A stretch of DNA of 63,481 nt, the filler included, from Sphaerodactylus townsendi (lineage: Eukaryota): the NCBI RefSeq assembly GCF_021028975.2. It is 4 parts of 4 records of this genome, joined end to end, with 100 filler letters (N's around TTAATTAATTAA, not from the genome) between each part and the next. Parts side by side here need not be neighbours in the genome. Positions count along the whole stretch, not along the records: positions 24,605 to 31,871 come from NC_059439.1; positions 31,972 to 63,481 come from NC_059427.1; 2 more parts are not named here. One strand, given 5' to 3'. Shown in pieces: positions 26,389 to 38,465 of the stretch (position 1 is the stretch's first letter; each line of letters starts with the position of its first letter). Position numbers and translations under genes: made by a program. Below the pieces are notes generated by a model. The model was not told the origin of the DNA. It did not search any database and saw only the letters and a program-made list of their open reading frames with translations.

Positions 26389-27225
26389 TTTTATATTATA
26401 TACTTTGTATATCATATACTTTAATTGAAATTTTATTGTATTTTTTATTACACATATACTTTTTAAATTGTTTTGTTAGCTTGTCAAATGTTGTTGGTCT
26501 TTGGCATAATAAGTTCTTCTGGTGTGTTTGTTATGCTGGAATAAATTCCTGTTTTTCTTTAGGGCACCTGTAGATTCCAATTTATACAGGCTTTTTAATG
26601 CCCTTAACATGGATTTGTTTCACAAATGCTGCAATTTTTGCTCAGCTAAATATCCACACACATGCTTTTTTTTGGGGGGGGGGGGGTAAAGTGACTTGAT
26701 GTTAATACTGGCTGAAGTATGATTTCTAATCATCTATGCACATCTCTGTACAGCATAAATTTGGCAGTGCACAGAAACAGCTGTTGTCACTGCTGTGATC
26801 ACAGATGGACTATTTCTAATGTTCCTGATCTAAGGAATCACTGCAAGTGCAATGCCCATTTCACATCAACTTTTTTCTGTTTGCACACACAGAGAGAGAG
26901 AGAGATGAGATTGAGAGAGATTGAAGCAAATGTAAAATCAGGCATCTTCTGTTGCGCTGAATTTTAATAATGAGTATTTTAAAATTTTCAGTTTCGGGTG
27001 TTGCTGAATTCTGGGAAAAGATGGGTATGAATCCAGACATGCCAATAATCTTTCCGAGATAACAACTAAGGAGGAAGAGAGTCTGATAAAAAGACATATA
27101 TTGTGGAAATGGATGAGTATAAATCCTAGATCATATAGTTGATATACCCAGCAGAAATAAGAACCATCAAACAAAATCAAGGTATGGAAAGAGCTATAAT
27201 AAATAAGGAGCTTTTTATAATTATA

Positions 27226-27288
27226 ATTAGTTATAGTTATAGTTATAGTTATAGTTATAGTTATAGTTATAGTTATAGTTATAGTTAT
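27226..27288. repeat. (AGTTAT)n microsatellite
   Basis: About 10 units. Confidence 0.95.
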
Positions 27289-29037
27289 TATTGTGCTTCA
27301 TTAACTGCTCAACCCCCAAAGGGCTCTGAGTGGTGTATAGGGCCCATAAACAGATAAAACAATAAATCCAAATATAAACAGTAACATTAAAACCCTTAAA
27401 TTTTCATAGCAGCATCTACATTGAATTGAATTGAAAAAAAATTGCTTATTTTAAGAATGCAGCAAGGTAAAAGGGAGTTAATAATGGGAGTTAATAATCT
27501 GCTTGTTATTTTATGCCATCTTTCCTTCATCTTTCCTGCTTGTTATTATATGCCATCTTTCCTTCAAGGGTTACCTGAATACCTGAGTATCCATTTCTCC
27601 ATTTTATTTTCACAACAATGCTGTAAAGTGGGTTAAGCTGAGAAAAAATAATTGGTCCAAAGTTATTAGTGAAATTCATGGCCAGTATAGTGGATAGAGT
27701 ATCAGGACAGGACCAGATTCAAGTCCAGTAGTACCACAGAGATCAACAAGGAACAAGAACAGGAAGATTCAAGTTCAAGTTCCCTTTCAACCATGAAAGT
27801 CACTGGATAACTTGGACCAATAACCCTTTCAGTTTGTTCTGCTTCATACAGTTATAAGAATCAACAGGGAAAGGGGAAATCACGTGTGTTTCTTTGAAGG
27901 AAGATCAGAATAAAACCAGACAGCTCAGTAGGAGTTTAAACCCAGATCTTCCCTTCATTTGTCCAACACATTAACTACTACTCCCCACTAACCTATGGTT
28001 TTTGTTCTTCTTTAACTTTTCCCTCCTCCCATTTCACCTTCATTTTTTCTCTCTCTTTCTTCCTAGCTCTCATCCTGACTTGCCAACTTGTTTGATGATT
28101 TTTTTCTTCATATGAAAACTATACAAATGACAAAAAACATTTATGATCATCTTATAAACAAATCATAACTTTTAATGCAGATAAAAGTTTTTGGGGGATT
28201 GGATATTGCAAAGAATGTGTCAAAGGTGAGTGGGTATAACATGAGTGTGAAAAATGTATGAGTAATCAGTTGTTTCAAAATAATCCTATTGAGAGGGAAG
28301 AAGTTCTACATGGGAAGGTGTGAATATTAAACTAGTAAAATAGTTTAGGCGTTGTGAACCTGTGTGTTTTCCACCATCGTTGTGCCTTTATCTTATCAAT
28401 GGGCTATCTTGTTGGTGGTGGTTTTTGTTGGTTGGTTCATACAACAGTTCTGCCTTGGGTTTAAGAATATTTTAACTTGATAAACAATTGAACACTTGAG
28501 AGTCAGTGATTCACGTGTTAGTCTGTAGAAGAGAAGGGCAATTCCACACAGCATAAATATAACATCTTTAGGACATTATAAAAAGTGTTTTAAGGAAGAG
28601 CTTCACAGGGCTCTCTTCCCCAAAACGAGTCCAGCCCGTTATATTCCTCTCAACCTTTGTTTTTCAAAAATCACTAAACTAGTTATCTTTTCCCCTTGGT
28701 GGAAGACATGTCCTGCTTGGTGAGTGAACACAAGCAGACAGGTAACACCTTATTCCTCCCAGTTAAACCTCTTACTTTTATTTTCACTGCTCATGCCTGC
28801 CCTTTGTGGGGCTGCAGCAGATTCTCTATAAGATTCCCCAGTAGTCCTGACTCCTAGACAACAGTTTCATGAATCTCTCTCAAGATGCGAAGAACCTACT
28901 ATGTATTCTTCCATTTCTATTCTATTCAGTGTTTAGGTAGGCATACACACAGAGAATGCAGACTTATCTATCTGTTAAAGAGGAAGGCATTTGTTGGTAG
29001 CAATGTAACATTTTGTCTATTTTTTCTCATTGTCCAG

Positions 29038-29997
29038 ATGGAAGACTGGAAGTACTCGGAAATAAATGGCAATGAAACAGCTCTGACTGAATTCCTCATC
29101 TTGGGGTTCTCCAGTCTACAAGACCTCCAGCTGCTGCTTTTCTTTATCTTTCTCATCGCTTACATCTGTACTCTGGTGGGGAACATCTCTATCATTACCA
29201 TTGCTTGCCTGGATCCTCAGCTTCACACACCCATGTACTTCTTCCTAGGAAATCTCTCCTTTTTGGATATCTGTTATACCACCACTAATGTCCCTCAGAT
29301 GATGGTGCACCTGCTGTCTGAGAGGAAGAGCATTACATATGCTGGGTGTGTCATGCAGTTGTACTTCTTTGTCTCCTTTGTGGGGACTGAGTGTATTCTT
29401 CTGGCTGCCATGGCCTATGATCGTTTTGTAGCTATCTGTCACCCGTTGCATTATATAGCCATGATGAGAAAAGAACTTTACCTCCAGTTGGCCGGTGCCT
29501 CCTGGGCAAGTGGTTTTCTCAATTCAGCTTTGCACACCTACTTCACATTCTGCCTGCCTTTTTGTGGGGCCAATGAACTCAGCTAATTCTTTTGTGATAT
29601 CCCTCCCCTCCTGAACCTTTCCTGTGGGGACACCACCCCCAATGAGATCATTCTTCTTGTGGTTGGGGTCTTCATAGGATGGGCCCCGTTTATCTGCATA
29701 GTTCTCTCCTATGTCTACATCATTTCTACTATCCTGAAGATAAGCTCCGCTGAAGGGAGACTAAAAGCATTCTCCACTTGTACCTCACATCTGATTATTG
29801 TCCTCATGTATTATGGGAGTGCCATCTTCACCTATGTTCGGCCAATATCAACTTATTCATTAGATAAAGACAGATTTATTTCTGTCCTTTACAGCATTGT
29901 TACACCCATGTTAAACCCTTTGATCTACACTCTGAGAAATAAGGATATTAAATGTGCTTTAAATAGAATCTTTATGGGGAGAATACTTTCAGATTGA
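29038..29997 (+). pseudogene. Class II olfactory receptor, OR5V1-like, with one premature stop (TAA 29584-29586)
   Basis: OR motifs [36 protein letters not shown] and [12 protein letters not shown] lie in one 320-codon frame. [17 protein letters not shown] and [16 protein letters not shown] resemble recalled OR5V1. An acceptor ttctcattgtccag immediately precedes the ATG. Confidence 0.9.
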
Positions 29998-30052
29998 AAG
30001 TACAGGTGTGTTTATCTTCCTTTTGTTTATATAAAGCATGTAGCTATAGTCC

Positions 30053-30199
30053 CAGGGTGGTGAACCTATGGCATTCCAGATGTTCATGGACCACAATTCC
30101 CATCAGCCCCTGCCAGCATGGCCAATTGGCCATGCTGGAAGGGACTGATGGGAATTGTAGTCCATGAACATCTGGAGTGCCATAGGTTCACCACCACTG
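30053..30199. mobile_element. Full-length palindromic hAT MITE
   Basis: Near-perfect inverted repeat centred on GGCCAATTGGCC, just 3' of the OR stop codon. Confidence 0.85.
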
Positions 30200-31372
30200 C
30201 AGGTCTATCCCCAAGTGTGAAATCATTAAATTAGAAATCAGCTGTGACATATGGTTCCTGATTTCATGGCCAGGAGTTCAATGTTGATATTGTGTTTGAT
30301 AGGCATGCCATATTCAATACCTAGCCCCCCCCCTTCATGGTTTCGATAGATCAAAAGACATCATAACAAAGCCTCATGACTTTCTAATATTACCTGTCAT
30401 GAAGCTGGAATATTGTTCACTGCCATCATTAATGCCAAAACGTCGCCTCAACAAGTTGTTAACCTGAAAACTTGATGCCCAGCACCTGTGTCCTTCTGGA
30501 ACACCACAAGTGGAGGATCCTTCTTGTTCTTTTTGTCCTGCACTCTCTATCAGGAGCCTAGATTTAAATCTCTTGTGCCTTGGCTAACTTGTGACTTGCT
30601 CCCAACAATGATTTTCCCCTTATAGCTGATGTAGACCTGCATGTCAGTCATATTTGTTGTTTCTATCGACTGCTATGAAAATTCAAGCTCAGCTCATCCT
30701 GGAGTCCTAATTTGTTGCAGCCTGATTTGCGCTTTGGTGTCAGGCTATCTTTTTTTGTTTACTTTTACGTTAATCTAATATGTATTTACTAGCAGTATAG
30801 CCTGCTGTAATAAAGAATACAGCAAGCTCTAGATGAGGGGAGGGGACAGGAAAAGCATCTGGAGGTGATGGGATCGGTGACAGTTGGGCAGGTTGCTTGA
30901 GGACCATGCCGCAGGGAGAGGTCAGGTTGGTTTTTTGTGGAGTAGGGGAAAATGTTGGGGGACTGGGCTGGCTTGACCTGTGGGGGATGGGTGGGAGAGG
31001 GCAGGCAGGGGGATGGAGAAACAGGTGCGGACTTGATAGGACAGTGGGAGGCAAGGCACTGCTGCCCCACCAACCGGGCTTGTCTTTGCACTGAATGGGG
31101 GTTTTGTTCCCTACTGGGACCTCCTTGTATAATTAGCCATTGATCGAATTGAAATTCAGAAATCCTTGTGAAAGTTTGCTCTGGTGCTGTTTTTGTTTAT
31201 TTTATTTTATTAAACATGAGANNNNNNNNNNNNNNNNNNNNNNNNNNNNNNNNNNNNNNNNNNNNNNNNNNNNNNNNNNNNNNNNNNNNNNNNNNNNNNN
31301 NNNNNNNNNNNNNNNNNNNNNNNNNNNNNNNNNNNNNNNNNNNNNNNNNNNNNNNNNNNNNNNNNNNNNNNN

Positions 31373-31865
31373 CCCCATATGTCCCAAATAGGCCTCTGCG
31401 ATCTGCAGAGGCCAATTTGCTGGTAGTCCCCAGCCCCTCACGACACGGAGCCTCATTCTGGGCCAGGGCCTTCACGGCCCTGGCCCTCATTCCTGGTGGG
31501 AATGCTTTACCATCTGTTGCCTGGGCACCTAAGGGACTCCAGGAGTCCCGGAGGGCCTGTAAGACCGAGTTATTCCACTGGGCCTTTGGGGATGCCAGCC
31601 GCAGACTGCCAGCCCCCTCTGTAGCCCCCACGACAGTTTTGCCATCTTCAGCATTGCCTGATCACTGATACCATCCATTTTTGGGCAATGCTGGCCCCCC
31701 TGGCCTTTGGGTTGGGCACCATCTGTGCATGCATTTGGGCATGTATTTTTATTTGTACTCTCTGGAATTGCTGCTATAATGTATTTTAATGTATTTTAAT
31801 GTTTTATCATTATATTGTATTTTATGAGACCTTATATTGTATTTGTTTTATGTCTCATTGTACAC
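31373..31865 (+). mobile_element. L2 LINE 3' fragment
   Basis: YVPNRPLRSAEANLLVVP...RAFTAL...NALP...CKTELFHWAF. Other L2 remnants at ~2560-2830 and ~25050-25330 (minus strand). Confidence 0.8.
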
Positions 31866-31871
31866 CTTCCA

Positions 31872-31971
31872 NNNNNNNNNNNNNNNNNNNNNNNNNNNNN
31901 NNNNNNNNNNNNNNNTTAATTAATTAANNNNNNNNNNNNNNNNNNNNNNNNNNNNNNNNNNNNNNNNNNNN
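31872..31971. other. Artificial contig spacer (followed by a poly-G artefact, 31972-32143)
   Basis: Identical 100-nt spacer. Confidence 0.95.
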
Positions 31972-32143
31972 GGGGGGTGCGGGGGGGGGGGGGGGTGGGG
32001 GTGGGGGCGGGGGTGGGGAACGGGCGGGGGAGGGGGGCGGGGGGGGGGGCGGGTGTGGGGGGGGGGGGGCGGGGGGGGGGGGGGGGGGGGGGGGGGGTGG
32101 GCGGGGGGGGGGGGGGGCGGGGAGTGGGGGGGGGGTGGGGGGG

Positions 32144-32176
32144 AAGACCGAGAGCCACAAGGCCAAAGGCAAGTGA
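32144..32176 (+). CDS. H2A: Histone H2A C-terminal end ([10 protein letters not shown]), truncated by the contig start
   Basis: Peptide identical to the end of the H2A at 48008-48397, followed by a histone stem-loop. The upstream sequence is poly-G. Confidence 0.85.
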   Translation, partial: KTESHKAKGK

Positions 32177-32239
32177 GCGAGCCGCCGCCAGCGCCGAGGA
32201 AAGAAGGACAAAGGGGCTTGTCTCTAGTTTGAACCCAAA

Positions 32240-32281
32240 GGCTCTTTTCAGAGCCACCCACCGCTTCTAAAAAAAGAACTG
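32240..32281 (+). terminator. Histone 3' stem-loop and U7-binding HDE
   Basis: GGCTCT-TTTC-AGAGCC (32240-32255), ACCCA, then AAAAGAACTG. Confidence 0.9.
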
Positions 32282-34999
32282 AGCATCTCATGTGAGGTTG
32301 GCAAGTACCAGCTCTGCGCTTCTGACTGTCTGCCGTGTCTCTGAGCTCCCGCGGGAAACCTAACAAGTTGTGTTAATTGCGTACTTCACTTTTGGTGTGT
32401 GTAACATAAAGTCGGAAGGGGCCTGCTTAAAAGTTACAGAAACTTCAAAGCATGTAATGTTTTTTGTTGTGGATGAGTGCTGCTATCATTCAGGCTTTAA
32501 AATGGTTCACATTTTTCAGATGTTATCAAGATGGATATGGCAGTTGATATACTCGGTGTTCTCTGTTAATAGGAATATAGTTTGCAAGATAAAACTAGGG
32601 GCTCGTGGGCATCTGGAAGGATGCCACCCCTCTCCACAATAATGCTGTAGCAGTACCATTAAAGTCGTGGAGGGAAAGTGGTTCAACTGGACCAAGGAAA
32701 TTTTTGCTAAGCTGGCAGAGAGCTGGGGCTGTCAAAAGCTACCCTGGGAATCCCATTGATCCTTAAAGTGTTAGGCTATTAGAATCTAGCAATGCAAGCC
32801 TGTTTCTCAAATCCTGTTTGGGAAAGGGAACAAAAGCCCAGTGACATAAACTGCTAGAATAGTTAATTTGGGAGGCATCAGACTCCATACAGGAAAGAGT
32901 TACTTTCAAAGCACAAACCCCGGGCTGATTAAGGGTGTTTTTGAAATGTGCAAATAGGAGAATCCAGTGGCTGGTTTGATCACTGTCCTCACTGGCAGTA
33001 GATGTTTTCCACCTGTGGAGTACCTTCAGAACAACCTGCCATGGAAGGGAGCAAAAGCAATAACTTTGCTTGGCTGAGTGTTTTCGAGGCCTCTTTTAGA
33101 CCACAGACTGGTCTTGAAGCTGGTGTCTCCTAACCCAGTGGGAAGGCAGAGAAATGAACAGTCCATCTGTTTGGTCTCTTACCCACTTGTTTGTGTTCGC
33201 TAAATGCACAGAGGAGCATTTCAAGGGATTGTCGCTTGCTCATCCACCCTATACTATGCTGATAGCGAAGTCCTAAGCAGTGTGTGTGTTGTGTGTATGT
33301 ATTGAAGACAATGGGCTTATCTTGGGCTGCACTGTTCTGCTGACCTTCTTTTCGTTAGAGAACCTAGTTACGTTCAGAAAATCTATGCAATACAGTGTGT
33401 TTACTTCCTTGTTTTATGTATAGCCCTGACTCAGTGATTTCAGAAAGCTAAAATGTGTTAGACACTCAGTTATTACTTATGAATTTCATATATGCCATGC
33501 TTTTTCCCCTCCCCGAAAGCGGCATAGGTCATTCTCTCCACTTCATCCTCAAAACAGCCCTATGAGGTGGGTAAGTAGAAAGGGTGTGACTAACTTAAGG
33601 ACACTCACTGACTTAACATGAAAGAGCCATACTGGCTCTTTTTAAATTACTGTGATGGCCAGGAAAGTGTGAACTCTTTGTCCTAGGGAATGGTGTGCTA
33701 CTGAAAGTGTAGGTTGGAAAGTCATACTAAACAGAGCAGTATATTTTTGTAACAAGTAGGGATATGCACCTTGGAAAATCAAGTTGTTATTGTTATGTTT
33801 TTCCAGCCCTGGATATGACAGAGCTGAATAATGTCAGTGACTCCACATATTTGGGTGCCAAATAACAGTCCTCCATCCACCCCCTTCTTCAGGATTCCAG
33901 AATTATTGGACTCTGCCATTCCTTATGCCATTTCCAGGAGGCTGGAGGGGCTGTTTTTAAGAAAATTAAACAGGGCTGTCAGCGCCTGCCTGATATATAA
34001 TCCCAAATTTTCTTTTGAACAGAACCAAGTGATCCCTGAACAATGTGTCCCCAGCTATCCTCCATTGGTTCTCATTGGTAGGAGGGGGGAGTCCAAGTTG
34101 CTCTGGGGCAAATAATAACCAGACACATAAAAACAAGTCAAGCAACCCCTGGCTCCAAAGTGTCCCAATGCAAACAGAATGAACAAGCCCAAACAATCAA
34201 TGCAGAACAAGGAGTCCCAGAAGAAGCAAAAGACAGTGTGGCAAGCCTGACACAACAAATTTGAAATACAGAATCCACCACATATGTGACACAAACCAAC
34301 TCATGCAAAAAAAAGCCCAATGACAATACAATATTTCAAGACTCGTAGATCTAAGTTCAAAACACAGAATCTAAGCCAAGTTAACCTGGCAAACCAATAC
34401 CGAGCCCTGTTATAAAAGCACTAACAAAGACCAAGCAAAACTGAAGGAAAAAGTATTCATAGGAGCCTTAAAAGATGGTTCCTAATATTTGTGGTGTAAC
34501 TGCAACATGTTTCCAGCATTTTGAGAAGTCATTCACCAATACCCTAAGTCTCAGATGCCACACACACTTGAATATAACTGATAAGATAATTTATAGATAT
34601 ATATGGACCATAATTATCTAGATGCACATTCCTAGTAATGATGTTATTATCATGGTAATCTGGAGAACCGGGTTTGATTCCCCACTTCCCAAATGAGTGG
34701 CAGACTCTTAGGCAAACTGGATTTGTTTTCTCACTCCTCCACATGAACTCTGCTGGGTGATCTTGGGCTTCTCTCCGCCTCATCTCAGAACTCTCTCAGT
34801 GCCTGTTATTGAGAGAGGAAGGGAAGGAAGCCACTTGGAGGCTCCTTACAGGAGGGAAAAGCAGGGTAGGACTCAGACAATAGGTAGATAGTACTTTACC
34901 AGAAAGTGCACCCTATTGGGACCTCTGTTTGCACCTGTGATGATTAAACATCTTTCAGGTTGTATGTATTGACATTGGAACAAGTTGAAATGAGCTGCC

Positions 35000-36620
35000 A
35001 CTCTTGTCTGAGTAAAATGAGGCTACTTTAGGCAAACTGGTCTTCAGGCAAGGAAGCTTCAAGTGCCTTATCTCAGAAGTTGGATTATTTTCTTAATCTG
35101 TGACATAGAGAAGACAAAGAAGCATACCTTGAGATAACCACTGTTTGTGTTTTGTCCCCTCCCCACAGGCCGTGTATCTTACAAAGAAGAGTTATGGTAG
35201 ACTACCACAAGATTGACTCAAGTATAACATTTCGTTGCTAGGGTTTGAGGAAATTGACACTCGAGAATGGTGCATCCCTGATTGCAGAAGCCCTGTTCTT
35301 TTCTAAAGAAGAACCTGAGACCATCTATGAATGAGTCTGGCCTGATGCAGAGCCTGCACACCAGGTGGATGGCTCAAAACAGAGTGGTAGGAGGGACTTG
35401 AAAGACTGGACAAATGGTGATAACTTCCTGTGTCACTAGGGCAGCCCATGCCCTACAGCAAACTGAAGGGAGAATTGTAAACCCCTTCACAGATTGCCCA
35501 GATGCATTTGGTGTTATGCATGCATACAGACCTTGATGGAAAGAGAAAGGGCTCATGAGAAAAGATTGCCAATGGACACCAAGTTTTTCACTGCTCAAAG
35601 CACTCACTAGGACTATACAAGTGGTATGTGACCCATACTAAAGTCAAATACATGGAACATCTAGTAGTAGAAGGGGATGGCCAAATGGAAGAGTGGGGGT
35701 CCCTAAAGCATGCCCTCAAAGGATCCTGAAAACCTCCAATGACGAGATACTTTGCTACAAATTCTAACTGAGTTTGCACTTTGTTTCAAGGCAGGGGAAG
35801 AGGTTTCTAATCACGTGTTGCATCAATAAGCAACCATTAAGAAGATCATGAGCTAGAAAGTGAGAAGCTTCCCCTTTTCAAAACATCCAAGTGGACCATA
35901 CAAAAATGCCTATTAAAACTAAACTGCAGGCATTATCAAAGGCCCTCATGTGTGTTTGGCTGCTCTCTAGAGGAAGCTAAGTCAGTGGTGGGATCCACAA
36001 ATTTTAATAACAGGTTCCGATGGTGGTGGGATTCAAACAGTGGCACACACACCTCCAGTCCCTGTTGGGCAGGGAGGTTGCTTTAGTAACCCCTTCTCGG
36101 CACTCAGAAAAAATTAGTAACCACTTCTAGAGAAGTGAGAAGTGGTTGGATCCCACCTCTGAGTTAAGTCCCTTACTTTTGAGCTATATGGTAAGCCTTT
36201 TCCCATGGCCAGTGGAATAAGAGAGACATTATTAGAAATTAGAGATAAAGCGTCAAAAAGACTATGATTTGCCTTGCAGTTTTGTCTTTCCCCTCTTTTC
36301 ATAATAATACATTGGTACACCAACACATCCTATTAGACCGGTCCACCAACACTAGACTGGAAACTGGTGTTTCCAAATCCACAGACCTGGAGGCATGAAT
36401 CTTTAAAACCTGACTGAACAGGTCTACTTCAGATATCTCTGATAAGCCATATTGCTGCTATTAATTGATTGCTAATATCTTAAGGTCCAGTAGGAAAGTC
36501 ATGTTGCCTTTGCCAGACAATTCCAGACTTCAAGGGAGCAACACTAGGCCCCCAGCTGTGACAACAGGGGTCTAGAAGCAGCTAATTTCAGAAACTAACA
36601 AAACTTTCCTAAGTGATTTC
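35000..36620 (+). mobile_element. Decayed ERV pol (RT connection / RNase H / integrase), class I-like
   Basis: RIVNPFTDCPDAFGVMHAYRP*WKEKGL (RNase H, ~35470-35555) and PFQNIQVDHTKMP (integrase, ~35872); many stops and frameshifts. Confidence 0.7.
35983..36161. mobile_element. hAT MITE inserted in ERV pol
   Basis: TIRs CAGTGGTGGGATCC / GGATCCCACCTCTG; TSD AGCTAAGT/AGTTAAGT. Confidence 0.8.
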
Positions 36621-37312
36621 CAAAATTGATCAGCAGGACATGTGTGTTTGCAACCTTTGTTTTGTTCAGTTCATTTTAACTTTTTTTGGTACTTGCAGGT
36701 TTAACTTTCCAGAAAGATGAGCAATACCAATATGTTTTTTCACAGAGACTTCTTTTGGAGGGACAGTATTCCAATCAGTTTCATTTTAGAGAATTATAAA
36801 AACCAGAGGTTCTGGAAAGTTATTTGTAATTGGTCTTGGTATTCCCATTATTGGTTAATAGTGTGGAAATTCCAAAAGTTTATACAGGTTTGTGCTTTAA
36901 AACCACGTCATTTCTGCCTTGGTGGCGGCTACGGGGCAATAATAGGTATTAGTGAAAGCCCAGTTTATTTGCCCCTTCGGGGTATTTGGACTGGATGGGA
37001 GGTAAATTTTCTGTCTCAATTAGGCCCCATCATCCACCCCTGGTTTAAGTGTGGGATGTGCCATCCAAATCCATAAGAACAGCCTGTTCAGATACAATGG
37101 ACCCCTATAAGTGTTGTGGCAATCACTATATTACTCTCACATGAAACACATGTGATAAATAAAGAAATATTGCTTTTTCAATATATATCATTAAGAATGA
37201 AATATGGGTTTATATGTAGTCCTATAACTTAGTATGTGGCTTTTTCAGTATCTATATATGTATATCATTTAAGCATGAAATATGGATTTATATGTATCCC
37301 TATAATCTAGCA

Positions 37313-37945
37313 TGTTAGGGGCAAATTGTATTTTTCTTTCTTGCTTTATGAAAAGCTAAATAGACTAATGTTAGGAGGTCAAACGGGCAAAGAGTGGGTT
37401 GTGCAGTAGGAAACGCCAAACCGCATAGCCAGCTTATCTAGTAGGTATATCGGAAAAATGAACAAAGAAGTCGCAAGACATGTTAACCACAAAAGTATAG
37501 AAAACAAGTCTTAGACTAGTAGAGCAGAAGCTGTGCGCTGGGGAAGGGGGTGTGAAGGGAGTTTTGAGTGGGTGCTAGAAAAGAACAAAGGTGACCTTTC
37601 CAACAGACAGATAGAAGAGGTAATAAGTGGAAAGTTGAGAACAATTCTTGGAAGTGGAAGGGCAAATAGGGGACAGAGACAATGTCTGTAATTGGACCAT
37701 GCCTTAGTCTGTAAACCCTTGGCCCTCCCAATGGGAGTCAAGGGGAGGGAGAACGCCCACTCATCTGAAGGGAATATATGCATGATGTTTGTGACTGTTA
37801 GGTGTGCCTCTCTCTGTTGACAGACGTGCGTTGCTTGCAAGAAACGTATCTTAAATAAACTTTGCTGATTCTTCACCAAGCTTTGCCCAAATTCTTTAAA
37901 GGTCTTAGACAAATTCTTTAAAGGTCTTAGACATGTGTTTCTGAC
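37313..37945 (+). mobile_element. Probable LTR interrupting the ERV
   Basis: TG...CA termini, CCAAT and AATAAA (~37854). No clear TSD. Confidence 0.4.
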
Positions 37946-37949
37946 ACAC

Positions 37950-38465
37950 ATGAAATTTTCTGTCTGTATGAGAGCTTACACCTTTTTAGGGGGAGTCCCT
38001 GGACTTGCTGTGGCAAACTCACATAATCTGAATGCGTATATTTTAGCTAAGACAATCGATGAGATTTCCCATGCCCTGGATCCTGTTCACATAGACTACT
38101 GGGAGTTTGAGAGGCCACTTTGCAAAATCACGATGCCATAGATTTTTTATTATTATTACGTCAGAGCCATGGAGTTTCAGAGACTTTGCTGCTTCAACCT
38201 CAGTGATATAACTGACTTAATTGACTCTAAAATTAAGAATTTCAACAAATGGGCCAAGGGATTGCAAATTGATCAAGGATTTAATGTTTCCTGGTTAACT
38301 TCCTGGCTTCTGAATTTTGGATGGCTAAAGTCGTTCATATGGATGATGCTATGCCGTTATTTATGGTGTTTTGCAACTGTAGTACAATCTTGCAAGGCCT
38401 TTATATCCAGACTAGCTTCAGCTAATAAATTGATGTTAAATCTGCCTGCTTCCAAAAATGAGTGA
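37950..38465 (+). mobile_element. Decayed retroviral env TM subunit
   Basis: Across two frameshifts: FLGGVPGLAVANSHNL...LAKTID...ATLQNHDAIDFLLLL..HG..EFQRLCCFNLSD...SWLTSWLLNFGWLKS plus a hydrophobic anchor. Confidence 0.82.

Noticed and set aside
31916-32366. Poly-Pro/poly-Gly ORFs (also 24277-24552)
   Set aside because: Translations of poly-G/poly-C artefacts next to spacers.
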